Source of the DNA: an uncultured bacterium
GTDB lineage: Bacteria; Verrucomicrobiota; Kiritimatiellia; RFP12; UBA1067
Length of the DNA stretch: 64,000 nucleotides
Reading direction: 5' to 3'
Assembly (NCBI GenBank): GCA_902779565.1
Contig: CACZCD010000006.1
Location: forward strand, 11,413-75,412
The translations under genes and the position numbers were made by a program. Below, piece by piece: positions 28,998-38,460 of this stretch (the stretch's first letter is position 1; every line of letters begins with the position of its first letter). The notes under the pieces were generated by a model. The model searched no databases and was not told where the DNA came from. It saw only the letters and a program-made list of their open reading frames with translations.

Positions 28998-29340
28998 CAA
29001 CGAGCTTGGAGTTGAACGTGCCCTTGTCGTTCGGCACGAACTCTGTGTTCTGGTCATCGGTGGCCCACTTGTCGCCGATGATGAACTTGTACTGGTACTC
29101 GCCGGGTGCCAGTTTCACCGTTGCGGAATAGACGCCGTTCTTCTTCTTGAACGTCATCTTCTTCGCCTTGGTCTCCCAATCGGTGAAGGAACCTGCCAGA
29201 CGGACCTCCTGACCGGCCTCGGCGTGGACGGTGAACGTCACGCTCTTGAGAGCGACCTTCGGCGCCGCGGCCTTCTTGGCGGCCTTGGCGGGCTTCTTCT
29301 TCGTCGCCGTCTTGGCGGCGGCTTTCACTTGCTTCTTCAT
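28990..29340 (-). CDS. small protein: Lys/Ala-rich histone H1-like tail fused to a CBM48/AMPK-beta-type glycogen-binding domain
   Basis: N-terminal KAAAKTATKKKPAKAAKKAAAPK; C-terminal FTDWETKA...EYQYKFIIGDKW pattern. Confidence 0.65.
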   Translation of the reverse strand: MKKQVKAAAKTATKKKPAKAAKKAAAPKVALKSVTFTVHAEAGQEVRLAGSFTDWETKAKKMTFKKKNGVYSATVKLAPGEYQYKFIIGDKWATDDQNTEFVPNDKGTFNSKLVVK

Positions 29341-29446
29341 CTCTGTTCTTCTTCCTTAATTCTCTGGCCGAAAACCGGTCAGATTTGCAAAACGGGCGCG
29401 TATTATACACGATTGAGCATTTTTTTGCAAGATGGTGCAGAATTTC

Positions 29447-29462
29447 TCGGCTTGTGATACAA
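29447..29462 (+). promoter_or_regulatory. promoter CTTGTGATACAATACC, 7 nt before the proA ATG (leaderless-type)
   Basis: Consensus-like motif; supports the 29471 start. Confidence 0.4.
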
Positions 29463-29470
29463 TACCACCC

Positions 29471-30679
29471 ATGGAAACAGCAGAGATTATTCACGATTTG
29501 GCGGTCAAGGCGCGTGCGGCGGCCGCCAAAATGCGGGCTTTTTCGACGGATCGCAAGAACGAGGCGCTCCTTGCTATCGCCGAGGCGCTTGAGGCGATGA
29601 AACCGCAGATTGACGCCGCGAACGCCGAGGATGTGGCGGCGGCGAAGGAAAACGGCCTTGCTCCGTCCATGGTGGATCGTCTTACGCTCACCGAGGCGCG
29701 GTTCAAATCCATGGTGGACGGTGTGCGGCATGTGGCGACGTTGCCGGATCCCGTGGACGAGGTCATTTGGGAGCGGGACCGTCCGAGCGGCATCCACATC
29801 ACGAAGGTGCGGCAGCCGTTCGGCGTGATCGCCGTTGTGTTCGAATCGCGTCCGAACGTGTTTGTCGATACGGCGGCGCTGTGCCTCAAGACGTCGAACG
29901 CGGTCATTCTGCGCGGCGGCAAGGAGGCGATCCGCTCGAACAAGGCGCTCAATGCGGCGGTGCGTGCAGGACTTGAGAAGGCCGGGCTGCCGATGGATGC
30001 GGTGCAGCTGGTGGAGACGACGGATCATGCGGGCGTGACGGCGCTCGTGCGTTCGGTGGGGCTTATCGATATCGCGATCCCGCGCGGCGGCGAGCGGCTC
30101 ATCCGCGCGATGTGCGAGGCGGCGCTCATCCCCGTGCTGAAGCACTACAACGGCATCTGCCATGTGTATGTGGACGACAAGGCCGATCTCGGCATGGCGC
30201 TTTCGATTCTCGACAACGCCAAGACGCAGCGCCCCGGCACGTGCAACGCGGCCGAGTGCCTGCTTGTGCAGAAGGATCTTGCGCCGCTGTTCCTCCCGAT
30301 GGTGAAGGCGTGGGCGGCGGACAAGGGTGTGACGCTCCATGAGGATGGCGTAGGGGTGGAGTATCTCTCGCTCGACCTGAATGTGGCGATCGTCAAGGAT
30401 GTGGACGAGGCGATCGCGTTCATCAACGAGCACGGGTCGCACCATTCGGACTGCATCGTCACGAACGACAAGGCGCGGGCGGAGTCGTTCCTGCACAACG
30501 TCGATTCGGCGGCGGTCTATTGGAACGCCTCGACGCGCTTCACGGACGGCGCGGAGTTCGGCATGGGCGCGGAGATCGGCATCTCCACCGACAAGCTCCA
30601 TGCGCGCGGTCCGATGGGTCTTGAGGAGCTTACGACCTACAAGTACACGGTCACTGGCGACGGTGCCCTTCGGAAATGA
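29471..30679 (+). CDS. proA: gamma-glutamyl phosphate reductase
   Basis: ALDH-fold ProA pattern along the whole length. Confidence 0.9.
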   Translation: METAEIIHDLAVKARAAAAKMRAFSTDRKNEALLAIAEALEAMKPQIDAANAEDVAAAKENGLAPSMVDRLTLTEARFKSMVDGVRHVATLPDPVDEVIWERDRPSGIHITKVRQPFGVIAVVFESRPNVFVDTAALCLKTSNAVILRGGKEAIRSNKALNAAVRAGLEKAGLPMDAVQLVETTDHAGVTALVRSVGLIDIAIPRGGERLIRAMCEAALIPVLKHYNGICHVYVDDKADLGMALSILDNAKTQRPGTCNAAECLLVQKDLAPLFLPMVKAWAADKGVTLHEDGVGVEYLSLDLNVAIVKDVDEAIAFINEHGSHHSDCIVTNDKARAESFLHNVDSAAVYWNASTRFTDGAEFGMGAEIGISTDKLHARGPMGLEELTTYKYTVTGDGALRK

Positions 30680-31389
30680 TTCCAACCGCAGAACAGCTCG
30701 ACGAATGGTTCAAGGCCGGGACGATGAAGCGTCTCGGCATGGGATCGCGCCGTGCCTGCTATGCCATCCCCGATACGAATCTGTGCGTGAAATGCTATCG
30801 GAGTGACGAGGAGATTACGGAAGGCCGATATCCGGGGCGTGCGCCACTGATGCCACTTGCGCCGACTGTTGTCCGTGAAATCAAGAAATACCGTTTTGAT
30901 GAACGGCGCAATACCTGTTGCAGTGAGTATCGCTATTGGAAGACCCTCGCGCAATGCCTCCCCTCCGATTTGATGTCGGTTTTCCCAACGATGGTCTGTT
31001 GTCTGGATGTTCCTTTTCGGGGGTGGTGCATCGTCGAGAACATCATCGCAAATGATGACGGAAGCGATGCCCGGAATTTTCATGAGGTCTTCAAATCGGC
31101 TGAGCCATCCGAGCGATGTCGTCTCCTTGGGGCTTTTGACTGGCTCATTGATCAATTGATCGACCATGCCGTGCGCTTTTATGATCCGCAGAATGTTCTT
31201 GTGACGAAGGGGAAAGATGGTTCCTTCCATCTGCGGATTGCGGATTTTGAGCCGGCAGAACGGACGTTCGTGTCAATCGGCAACCTTTCGCCGTTTTTTG
31301 TGCGTCGAAAGGTCAGGCGGCGGTTCGCCCGCTATCAGAGAATGTTTGGCATCGGGAGCGTTGCCGGTGGCTCATATGAAGGGAAATGA
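30676..31389 (+). CDS. YrbL / PhoP-regulatory-network family protein (kinase-like fold)
   Basis: LGMGSRRACYAIPDTNLCVKCY matches the YrbL N-terminal signature LGTGRHRKCYAHPED..CIKIVY; PQNVLV motif. Confidence 0.65.
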   Translation: MIPTAEQLDEWFKAGTMKRLGMGSRRACYAIPDTNLCVKCYRSDEEITEGRYPGRAPLMPLAPTVVREIKKYRFDERRNTCCSEYRYWKTLAQCLPSDLMSVFPTMVCCLDVPFRGWCIVENIIANDDGSDARNFHEVFKSAEPSERCRLLGAFDWLIDQLIDHAVRFYDPQNVLVTKGKDGSFHLRIADFEPAERTFVSIGNLSPFFVRRKVRRRFARYQRMFGIGSVAGGSYEGK

Positions 31390-31398
31390 GGGGACCGC

Positions 31399-32313
31399 AT
31401 GAGCGACGAACCGATCTCCATGTCATTCTGCATTTCGGACAGCTACGCGCAGCATCTTGCGGTGGTGCTGACGAGCGTGCTCGCCAACAATCCGTCGTCG
31501 CGTTTCGTGTTCCATGTGCTTCATAGCGGGGTTACACCGGAGAATCAGGCACGGGTGAAGAAGCTTGAGAAGTCGTATTCCAACTGTGAGCTTCGTTTCC
31601 ATACGGTGGACATGGCGGCGTTCGCCAACTTTCCGATCCCGCCTGGTCTTGAACACGTGACACGGGAGACGTATTTTCGCTATCTGCTGCCGGATATCCT
31701 TCCGGACGAGTCGCGTACGATCTATTCGGATGTAGATGTCCTCTGCGTTGCGGATATCGCCAAGATCTGGACGATGGATCTAGACGGCATGCTGATGGCC
31801 GCCGTGCGCAACTACAAAGGCGAAGCGCGCGGCGATAGGCGCGATATCGTGAAATTCGGATTCGCTCCCGACTCCCCGTACTTTTTCACAGGTTTTCTTG
31901 TGATGGATCTTGCGGCAATGCGCGCCGGTAACTACGTCAGGCGGCTCATGGATGCCACGGTCTGCTATGGCGAGCGCGTGACGTTCATCGATCTCGACAT
32001 CATGAATCTTGTCTGTGAGGGTCGCATAAAGGAAGTTGACGCGACATGGAACGAGACGGGGCGGTATTCGTTTTTCCGCCGTGACGTGAAGATCTGGCAC
32101 TTTCTCGGGTTCACGCAGAAGCCGTGGTGCAACATCTGGAAGAACTATACCTGGCTCCCCTACCTGAAATATCTGCTCAAGTCGCCGTACCGCATGAACG
32201 CGCTGCGCTTCGTGTGGGGGCATGTCAAGGGGTTCTTCTTCTTCAAGTACACGAAAAGGGGGGTTACGCGTTATCTTGTGTGCGGCCTGCTCGTGTGGAA
32301 AGGAAGGGCATGA
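31399..32313 (+). CDS. glycosyltransferase family 8
   Basis: GT8 fold with DxD (YSDVDVL) and the characteristic WN/HF motifs. Confidence 0.85.
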   Translation: MSDEPISMSFCISDSYAQHLAVVLTSVLANNPSSRFVFHVLHSGVTPENQARVKKLEKSYSNCELRFHTVDMAAFANFPIPPGLEHVTRETYFRYLLPDILPDESRTIYSDVDVLCVADIAKIWTMDLDGMLMAAVRNYKGEARGDRRDIVKFGFAPDSPYFFTGFLVMDLAAMRAGNYVRRLMDATVCYGERVTFIDLDIMNLVCEGRIKEVDATWNETGRYSFFRRDVKIWHFLGFTQKPWCNIWKNYTWLPYLKYLLKSPYRMNALRFVWGHVKGFFFFKYTKRGVTRYLVCGLLVWKGRA

Positions 32314-32870
32314 AGGCATTGGTTTCGTTTCTTGCGGCCCTGATACCGCTGCCGGGTCTGCGCCGGAAGTTTCGCCGGCGGCTTTTGAGTTGGGCCTTCA
32401 CGTATGGCCCGCGCAGACGCGCCAAATCTTTCGGGCCTCATTCTTTTGCGACGGGGCGGTGCGTTCTGTCCAAGCACACCATTGTCGGCGACGGGTCTGG
32501 CCTTGGCGGCGTTGTGGTGTATGGCGACGGGGATGTGAAGATCGGCGACCACGTGTCGATTGGCCCCGGCCTTGTCATTCAGACGCAGAATCACGATTAC
32601 GAAGGTGAGACCTTGCCGTTTGGGCTTAGATTCATGTGCAAGCCGGTGTTGATCGATGATTGCGTGTGGATTGGCATGAATGTCATGCTTCTGCCCGGCA
32701 CACATATTGGAGAGGGCGCCATCATCCAGATGGGCAGTGTCGTGCATGGCGAGATCCCCCCATGCGCCATTGCGGGCGGTAATCCCGCAAAGGTCTTTGC
32801 CTGGCGAGACAGGGCGCATTATGATGAGTTGAAGTCGCAACAACGATTCTTGGGAAAAAGACAAGGATGA
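32310..32870 (+). CDS. hexapeptide-repeat (left-handed beta-helix) O-acetyltransferase
   Basis: [LIV]G hexapeptide repeats; ATGA-coupled. Confidence 0.75.
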   Translation: MKALVSFLAALIPLPGLRRKFRRRLLSWAFTYGPRRRAKSFGPHSFATGRCVLSKHTIVGDGSGLGGVVVYGDGDVKIGDHVSIGPGLVIQTQNHDYEGETLPFGLRFMCKPVLIDDCVWIGMNVMLLPGTHIGEGAIIQMGSVVHGEIPPCAIAGGNPAKVFAWRDRAHYDELKSQQRFLGKRQG

Positions 32871-32904
32871 GAGTTCATGTTATCGTCGTGAATGGAGGGA
32901 TGGC

Positions 32905-34098
32905 ATGTCAAAGCGCATTCTTATTTTTGGAATAGGGAACATCAATAATCTGGGTGACAATCTTCTTATTGAAACCATGCAGTGGCTCGTGCGTGGCCTC
33001 TTGCCAGATTGTGAGGTCCGGTCTGCGAGTTTTGTCCCGAATCGTGCTGATCTGCGCTGCGGTTACCGGTGGAGCAAGCGGGGCTCGGATTTATTTTATC
33101 GTTTGCTCGTTAAACCTTTCGCCGGCGCGGTTCGGTACAGGTTTGAAGACCTGTATTACCGCTTGAGGTATGGACATTATTTTCGTGATGAAATAGAAGG
33201 TGCGGATGCCATTGTCTATGCTGTCGGAATGTTGAAATACGTCACGCAGGACCATAGTTATTTGTTTAACATGATCAATGGGATCGCCGCCGAAAAACAG
33301 ATCCCTGTGTTCATGAATGCGATGAGCGTCGCCGAGCGAGACGATCATGATTGGCGCTCGCGCCAATTGTTGCGGGCTGTCAATGTCCCCAGTGTGCGAA
33401 TGGTGACGACGCGCGACGGCGAACAGGGGCTTGAACGGCTTCGGCGGAATTGGATACGCCGTGAAGAGATCGAAACAGATTGGGTGGGGGATCCGGCATT
33501 GTGGGCGCCAGAATGTTACGGCATCCGTAAAGACCCCCAGGCGCAGAAGGTCGGCATAAATGTTATCCGCGGGAATATTTTTCAAAGCTATTGCGGGGGC
33601 GTGACGGAAGCCCAGTTGTTGGCGGCCTACGCAGAATTGTTGAGGGATCTCGACAGACGGGGAATTGACTGGGTGCTGTTTTCCAATGGTGCGCCCTGCG
33701 ACCAAGAGTTTGGCGAACGGTTGCTGTCTGAGATTGGCGCACCGGCGTCTTGTTTATTGCCGCGACCGGAAAATACGCGCCGTTTTCTCGAATACATCTC
33801 GTCTTTTCGAGCCGTCTTTGCGGGGCGGCTTCATGCCTGTATCACGTCTTTTGCCTTGGATGTTCCCGTGGCGGGGCTGTTATGGGACGACAAGCTGAGA
33901 TTTGTCGCGCGTTCGTTTGGGGTTCTGCCGTTTTTCACGCGCGCGGAGGAGCTTTCGGGCGAGCTCTTGGCGACGCGGCTTGTCCAGGCTTCTGAGACGC
34001 CGTTGGATGATGCGCTTCGCGGTCAGCTCAAGAATCGTGCGCATCGCGCTCTGGAACGATTCCTAAAATCAGTTCAGGATGAAGGGGCAAGGAAATGA
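32905..34098 (+). CDS. polysaccharide pyruvyl transferase family protein
   Basis: PS_pyruv_trans-like pattern, 397 aa. Confidence 0.65.
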   Translation: MSKRILIFGIGNINNLGDNLLIETMQWLVRGLLPDCEVRSASFVPNRADLRCGYRWSKRGSDLFYRLLVKPFAGAVRYRFEDLYYRLRYGHYFRDEIEGADAIVYAVGMLKYVTQDHSYLFNMINGIAAEKQIPVFMNAMSVAERDDHDWRSRQLLRAVNVPSVRMVTTRDGEQGLERLRRNWIRREEIETDWVGDPALWAPECYGIRKDPQAQKVGINVIRGNIFQSYCGGVTEAQLLAAYAELLRDLDRRGIDWVLFSNGAPCDQEFGERLLSEIGAPASCLLPRPENTRRFLEYISSFRAVFAGRLHACITSFALDVPVAGLLWDDKLRFVARSFGVLPFFTRAEELSGELLATRLVQASETPLDDALRGQLKNRAHRALERFLKSVQDEGARK

Positions 34099-35243
34099 TG
34101 AGTGGTCTTAGGATGAGATTCGTCAGCTGGTGTTGTCGCCGTCTCTGGAAAACCAAGCCGGGCAAGGTGTTGTTCATCAACCACACGGGCAGCGGATACA
34201 AGTGCAACCCCAAGTATGTTTGCGAGGAACTGTTACGGCGTGGATATGCGGGTGAGCTTGTCTGGATGGGAGGACTTTCAAGAACGGCTCGCAAGGAGAT
34301 CCCCGCTCGCGTGGCATGTGCTTCGCTGCATGGGCTCCGGGCGCTTTGGCATCTGGCGACGGCTGAAGTCTGGGTCGATAACGTCAGCGTGCTGCGGTTT
34401 TTGAATCGCGGGTTTGTGAAGAAACCCGAACAGATCTATATTCAGACCTGGCACGGCTCAATGGGGCTCAAGCTTGATGGCCTTGACACGAAGACGGCGG
34501 ATCCCGGCACCGTCGCGGCGCTGAAACGCGAGACGCCGCTTGTTGATTTCTGCATCGCCAATTCTGAGCACGAAGCGCAGTTTTACGCGCGCAATTGGTT
34601 TGGGCCGCGCAAGATCGTGAAATACGGCCATCCGCGCAACGACGTCTTTTTCCGCGACCGCGAACCGCTTCGGGACAAGGTCTGTCGCCGCCTGGGGCTT
34701 TCGCCGGCCACGAAGCTCTTCCTGTATGCACCCACGTTTCGCGATGGCGGAACGGCCGATGCGGAGCTTGATGTGCGAAGCACGGTTGCTGCCTTGGAGG
34801 AGCGCTTTGGAGGGGAATGGCGCTTTTTGTTCCGCCCACATCCCAAGGCGAAAGGGCATGGCCTTGCGCCCGGCGCGGCCGACGTCGTCAACGTCGCGGC
34901 CTATGATGACATTCAGGAGCTTCTTGTGGCGGCCGATGCCATGGCGACAGACTATTCGAGCTGCATCTGCGACTTCCTGCTCGGCGGGCGCCCCGGATTC
35001 ATTTTCGCGCCAGATCTCGATGCCTATGCGAATGGGAGAGGGCTCTGCTATCCGTTGGAAACAACGCCGTTCCCGGTTGCGAAGACGTCCTCCGGTCTTG
35101 CCGACGCCATTCGGGCGTTCGATGCTGTTCGATATGCCGAAGCCCGAGAGTCCTTTCTTGAAGCCAGAGGATGTGTGGAGGACGGGCAGGCGTCCGCTCG
35201 TGTGGCGGACTTGATTGTTGCGCAGACTTTAGGTTCAAGATAA
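34095..35243 (+). CDS. CDP-glycerol (polyol-phosphate) glycerophosphotransferase, TagB/TagF family
   Basis: Glyphos_transf pattern; ATGA-coupled. Confidence 0.8.
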   Translation: MMSGLRMRFVSWCCRRLWKTKPGKVLFINHTGSGYKCNPKYVCEELLRRGYAGELVWMGGLSRTARKEIPARVACASLHGLRALWHLATAEVWVDNVSVLRFLNRGFVKKPEQIYIQTWHGSMGLKLDGLDTKTADPGTVAALKRETPLVDFCIANSEHEAQFYARNWFGPRKIVKYGHPRNDVFFRDREPLRDKVCRRLGLSPATKLFLYAPTFRDGGTADAELDVRSTVAALEERFGGEWRFLFRPHPKAKGHGLAPGAADVVNVAAYDDIQELLVAADAMATDYSSCICDFLLGGRPGFIFAPDLDAYANGRGLCYPLETTPFPVAKTSSGLADAIRAFDAVRYAEARESFLEARGCVEDGQASARVADLIVAQTLGSR

Positions 35244-35249
35244 AAGAGG

Positions 35250-36008
35250 GTGTGGAGCATGGAAGGGAAAGACAGAGTGGTGGCAATCGTGTTCGCTGGC
35301 GGCAGCGGGACGCGTATGGGGAATGCGATTCCCAAGCAATTCATTGAGGTTGCCGGATGCCCAATCCTGGCTCATACGCTGAAGTTGTTTCAGCGCCATC
35401 GCCGCATTGACGTGATTTACATGGCTGTACATGCCGATTACGTGTCGTACGCGGAGGAGCTCGCCAACCGCTATGGTATCGGGAAGCTGGCTGGCGTCAC
35501 CAGAGGGGGCGACAGCGCACAGGCCTCCATCTACAACGCGCTTGCACTCGCGCGCGAATCGGGTGAGCCGGACGATGCGATCGTGCTCATACATGATGGC
35601 GTTCGACCGTATGTTGAGGACTCCGTCATCGACGCGAACGTTGACTCTGTTGTGCAGCATGGAAATGCAGTGACCTATACGCCGTGTGTAGAGACGCTTG
35701 TGATCAGCCACGACGGCAAGGCGATCGATGCCTTGCCGTACCGACGCGAATCCTATTCCGCCCAAGCTCCCCAAAGTTTCAGGCTTGGCGATATCATGGC
35801 TGCGCATGACCGCATTCGCGCGAGACCGGAAGGCTATAAGGACATGATCGATCAAGCCACAATCTGTTGGACGCTTGGCATCCCCATCCATCTGGTGCCG
35901 GGAAATCGCGGAAACATCAAGATCACCACACCCGAGGACGTGTACACGTTCAAGGCACTTATGCAGTACAGGGAGGACAAACGGAATGGCCGCACTTCAG
36001 TTGACTGA
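35250..36008 (+). CDS. IspD/TarI-family cytidylyltransferase (CDP-alditol synthesis)
   Basis: VAIVFAGGSGTRMG...PKQF P-loop-like motif of 2-C-methyl-D-erythritol-4-P / ribitol-5-P cytidylyltransferases. Confidence 0.75.
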   Translation: MWSMEGKDRVVAIVFAGGSGTRMGNAIPKQFIEVAGCPILAHTLKLFQRHRRIDVIYMAVHADYVSYAEELANRYGIGKLAGVTRGGDSAQASIYNALALARESGEPDDAIVLIHDGVRPYVEDSVIDANVDSVVQHGNAVTYTPCVETLVISHDGKAIDALPYRRESYSAQAPQSFRLGDIMAAHDRIRARPEGYKDMIDQATICWTLGIPIHLVPGNRGNIKITTPEDVYTFKALMQYREDKRNGRTSVD

Positions 36009-37050
36009 CAACCCGATCCTCCAGGAAGATCTGGAACGGATTGTGTCCTCGGATTTCGTGGATTGGGAGGAATTTCGCGGCAAGTCAATCCTGGTTACGG
36101 GAGCGACGGGTCTCATTGGCGGCGTTTTGGTTCGGGCGCTTGCGCTGGCGAATGCGGCGAGGGGCCTTGACCTGACGATCCTTGCAAATTTCCGGAACCG
36201 GCAGAAGGCCGACGTCTTGTTTGGCGCGGCGTATGCCCACGGGGTCGTTCCGCTGGTCGGAGACGTGCGCGAGCCGCTGAACTATGACGGTCCGGTGGAT
36301 TATTTGGTGCATGGCGCCGCCGATACCGCTTCGCGCACGATGGTCGAGAGGCCGGTGGAGACGGTGCAGACCATTCTGCGCGGCGCGGAAAACATGCTTG
36401 AACTGGCGCGAAACCGGAAATCCCGTGGCGTTGTTATGCTCTCCAGCATGGAAGTGTACGGCGTGCCGCGCACGGGGCAGGATCTTTTCAGGGAATCTGA
36501 TTATGGGTGCGTCGATCCGCTTTCTGTGCGGAACGGATATCCGGAGTCCAAGCGGATGGCCGAGAATCTTGCGGTCGCCTATGCCTCCGAGTACGGCGTG
36601 CCGGTCAGGATTGCGCGGCTTGTTCAGACCATTGGCCCTGGTGCGTCTGAGGACGATCGAAGAGTCTTTGCCGTGTTCTCGCGGGCAGCGGCTTCCGGGC
36701 AGGACATCGTCTTGAAGACGGATGGCTCCAGCACGCGTAATTACTGTTACTGTTCTGATGCGGTCACGGGTCTCCTCACGCTTCTGCAGCGAGGAACCGC
36801 AGGGCAGGCCTACAATGTCGGAAACGACGAAGCATTCCTATCCATTCGCGGCATGGCGCAAATGATCGCCGATTATGCGGGCGTCAAGGTGCTGTTTGAC
36901 ACGCGCCAGTCGCCGGAGGCGCAGGGATTCCCGCCATCGGCGGTCCTTCGGGTGTCCAGCGAACGGCTGCGGGAGTTGGGGTGGCGGCCCCAAGTGGGTC
37001 TCCGCCCGATGATCGAAAGACTTGTAAACGGGTGCCGGCATGTTTCCTGA
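35986..37050 (+). CDS. NAD-dependent epimerase/dehydratase (SDR)
   Basis: VTGATGLIGG Rossmann motif, YxxxK; GGGAGGA RBS before the internal ATG. Confidence 0.8.
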   Translation: MAALQLTDNPILQEDLERIVSSDFVDWEEFRGKSILVTGATGLIGGVLVRALALANAARGLDLTILANFRNRQKADVLFGAAYAHGVVPLVGDVREPLNYDGPVDYLVHGAADTASRTMVERPVETVQTILRGAENMLELARNRKSRGVVMLSSMEVYGVPRTGQDLFRESDYGCVDPLSVRNGYPESKRMAENLAVAYASEYGVPVRIARLVQTIGPGASEDDRRVFAVFSRAAASGQDIVLKTDGSSTRNYCYCSDAVTGLLTLLQRGTAGQAYNVGNDEAFLSIRGMAQMIADYAGVKVLFDTRQSPEAQGFPPSAVLRVSSERLRELGWRPQVGLRPMIERLVNGCRHVS

Positions 37051-37804
37051 ACGATTCCTACCTTGGCGAAACACGTGGTGGTGGCCGCGCTGGCGCGTGC
37101 CGTCGTTCCTCATGCTGCACAGCGTCGGCGAGGCCGTGACGGATCCTTGTTGCGCGAACAACACCATCCGTCCGGACGAGCTGCGCAACCTGGTGCGGGC
37201 GCTGGTAGACGAGGGGTATGAGTTCCGCACGTTCCGCGAGGCCTGTGAGAAGGGTGATCGCCGGACGATGTGCCTCACGTTTGACGATGGCTATGCCGAC
37301 AACTATCAGGTTCTTCTCCCGATCCTGCGGGAGCTGAACGTGCCGGCGACATGCTTTGCCACGAACCGGGGGGACGCGTCGTTCCCGCGCGAACGCTGGT
37401 CGGCAGAGGATCCCATTCCCGCCGACGCAGCGTTCCTGACGGCTGAGATGCTGCGTGAAATGGAGGCCAGCGGCCTCGTTGAGATCGGCGGCCATACGGC
37501 GGGCCACACAACGCTCACGAAGCTTTCCCTTGATGACGCGAGACGCGAAATTGACGACAACAAGGCTTGGCTGGAGGGTGTTTTGGGGCATGAAATCGTG
37601 AGCTTCGCCTATCCTCGCGGGGGCGAGAACGATCAAATCGTCAACCTTGTCAGGGAGGCGGGTTATCGGTATGCGGCGGCGATGGTCAAGAAAATGCGTT
37701 CCGTTGCGGCGGATCCCTATCGTGTCCACCGCCAGATAATTCCACGCGGAATGGAGACGTGGAAGAGTGTCCTTCTTGCCACGCGCGGAAAGTGGAAGAT
37801 ATGA
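37040..37804 (+). CDS. polysaccharide deacetylase (NodB homology)
   Basis: TFDDGY and His-containing NodB motifs. Confidence 0.8.
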   Translation: MFPERFLPWRNTWWWPRWRVPSFLMLHSVGEAVTDPCCANNTIRPDELRNLVRALVDEGYEFRTFREACEKGDRRTMCLTFDDGYADNYQVLLPILRELNVPATCFATNRGDASFPRERWSAEDPIPADAAFLTAEMLREMEASGLVEIGGHTAGHTTLTKLSLDDARREIDDNKAWLEGVLGHEIVSFAYPRGGENDQIVNLVREAGYRYAAAMVKKMRSVAADPYRVHRQIIPRGMETWKSVLLATRGKWKI

Positions 37805-37839
37805 AATCTGCGGAGGATGGAAGTGAGGTGGCTTAGACA

Positions 37840-38460
37840 ATGAAAAACGTGATTGATTTCGTGCGAGAGGTTCTCTTCTACGGCGCAGCCTGTTTGGTGT
37901 GGTCAGGGGTTGTACTCCTGGATGTCATGGTATTCAAGACCAATTGCGCAGAAAACGGCATTGTGGAGTCAAGTCAGCTTGTGGCGATTTTCGCAAGCGG
38001 TGTGTTGCTGATGGTGACGGCGGTGAAACATTCCGACAAGAGAGCGGGACTCGTCCTTGCCGGCGCATTCTTCATTGCGATGGCCATACGGGAGTTGGAC
38101 CAATTTTGGGATGGCGTCTGGCATGGCTTCTGGATAGTCCCGGAAATTGCCTTTTTGTCCGTAGTGGCTGCTTTTGTTCTATTCCACCGCAAAACAATTC
38201 ATCCTGGATTGAAAACTATCGCGGGAGATCGCGACTCGTCCGCTCTTTCCGTAGGAATTCTGATTGTTATGGGTTTTTCCCGAATCATCGGGCACAAGGC
38301 ATTCTGGAGGCTGCTTGCGCCGGGAGGTTCGTTTACAGTTCCGAAACGCTTCGCCGAGGAATCGTGCGAGTTGATAGGCTATTTTATTATTCTTGCATGG
38401 GCGATGAGATTCTTCTCACGCATGAGGGCTGAAAGAAAAAATGAAAATCGGGATCTATAA
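37840..38460 (+). CDS. integral membrane protein, hypothetical
   Basis: About 5 predicted TM helices. Confidence 0.5.
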   Translation: MKNVIDFVREVLFYGAACLVWSGVVLLDVMVFKTNCAENGIVESSQLVAIFASGVLLMVTAVKHSDKRAGLVLAGAFFIAMAIRELDQFWDGVWHGFWIVPEIAFLSVVAAFVLFHRKTIHPGLKTIAGDRDSSALSVGILIVMGFSRIIGHKAFWRLLAPGGSFTVPKRFAEESCELIGYFIILAWAMRFFSRMRAERKNENRDL

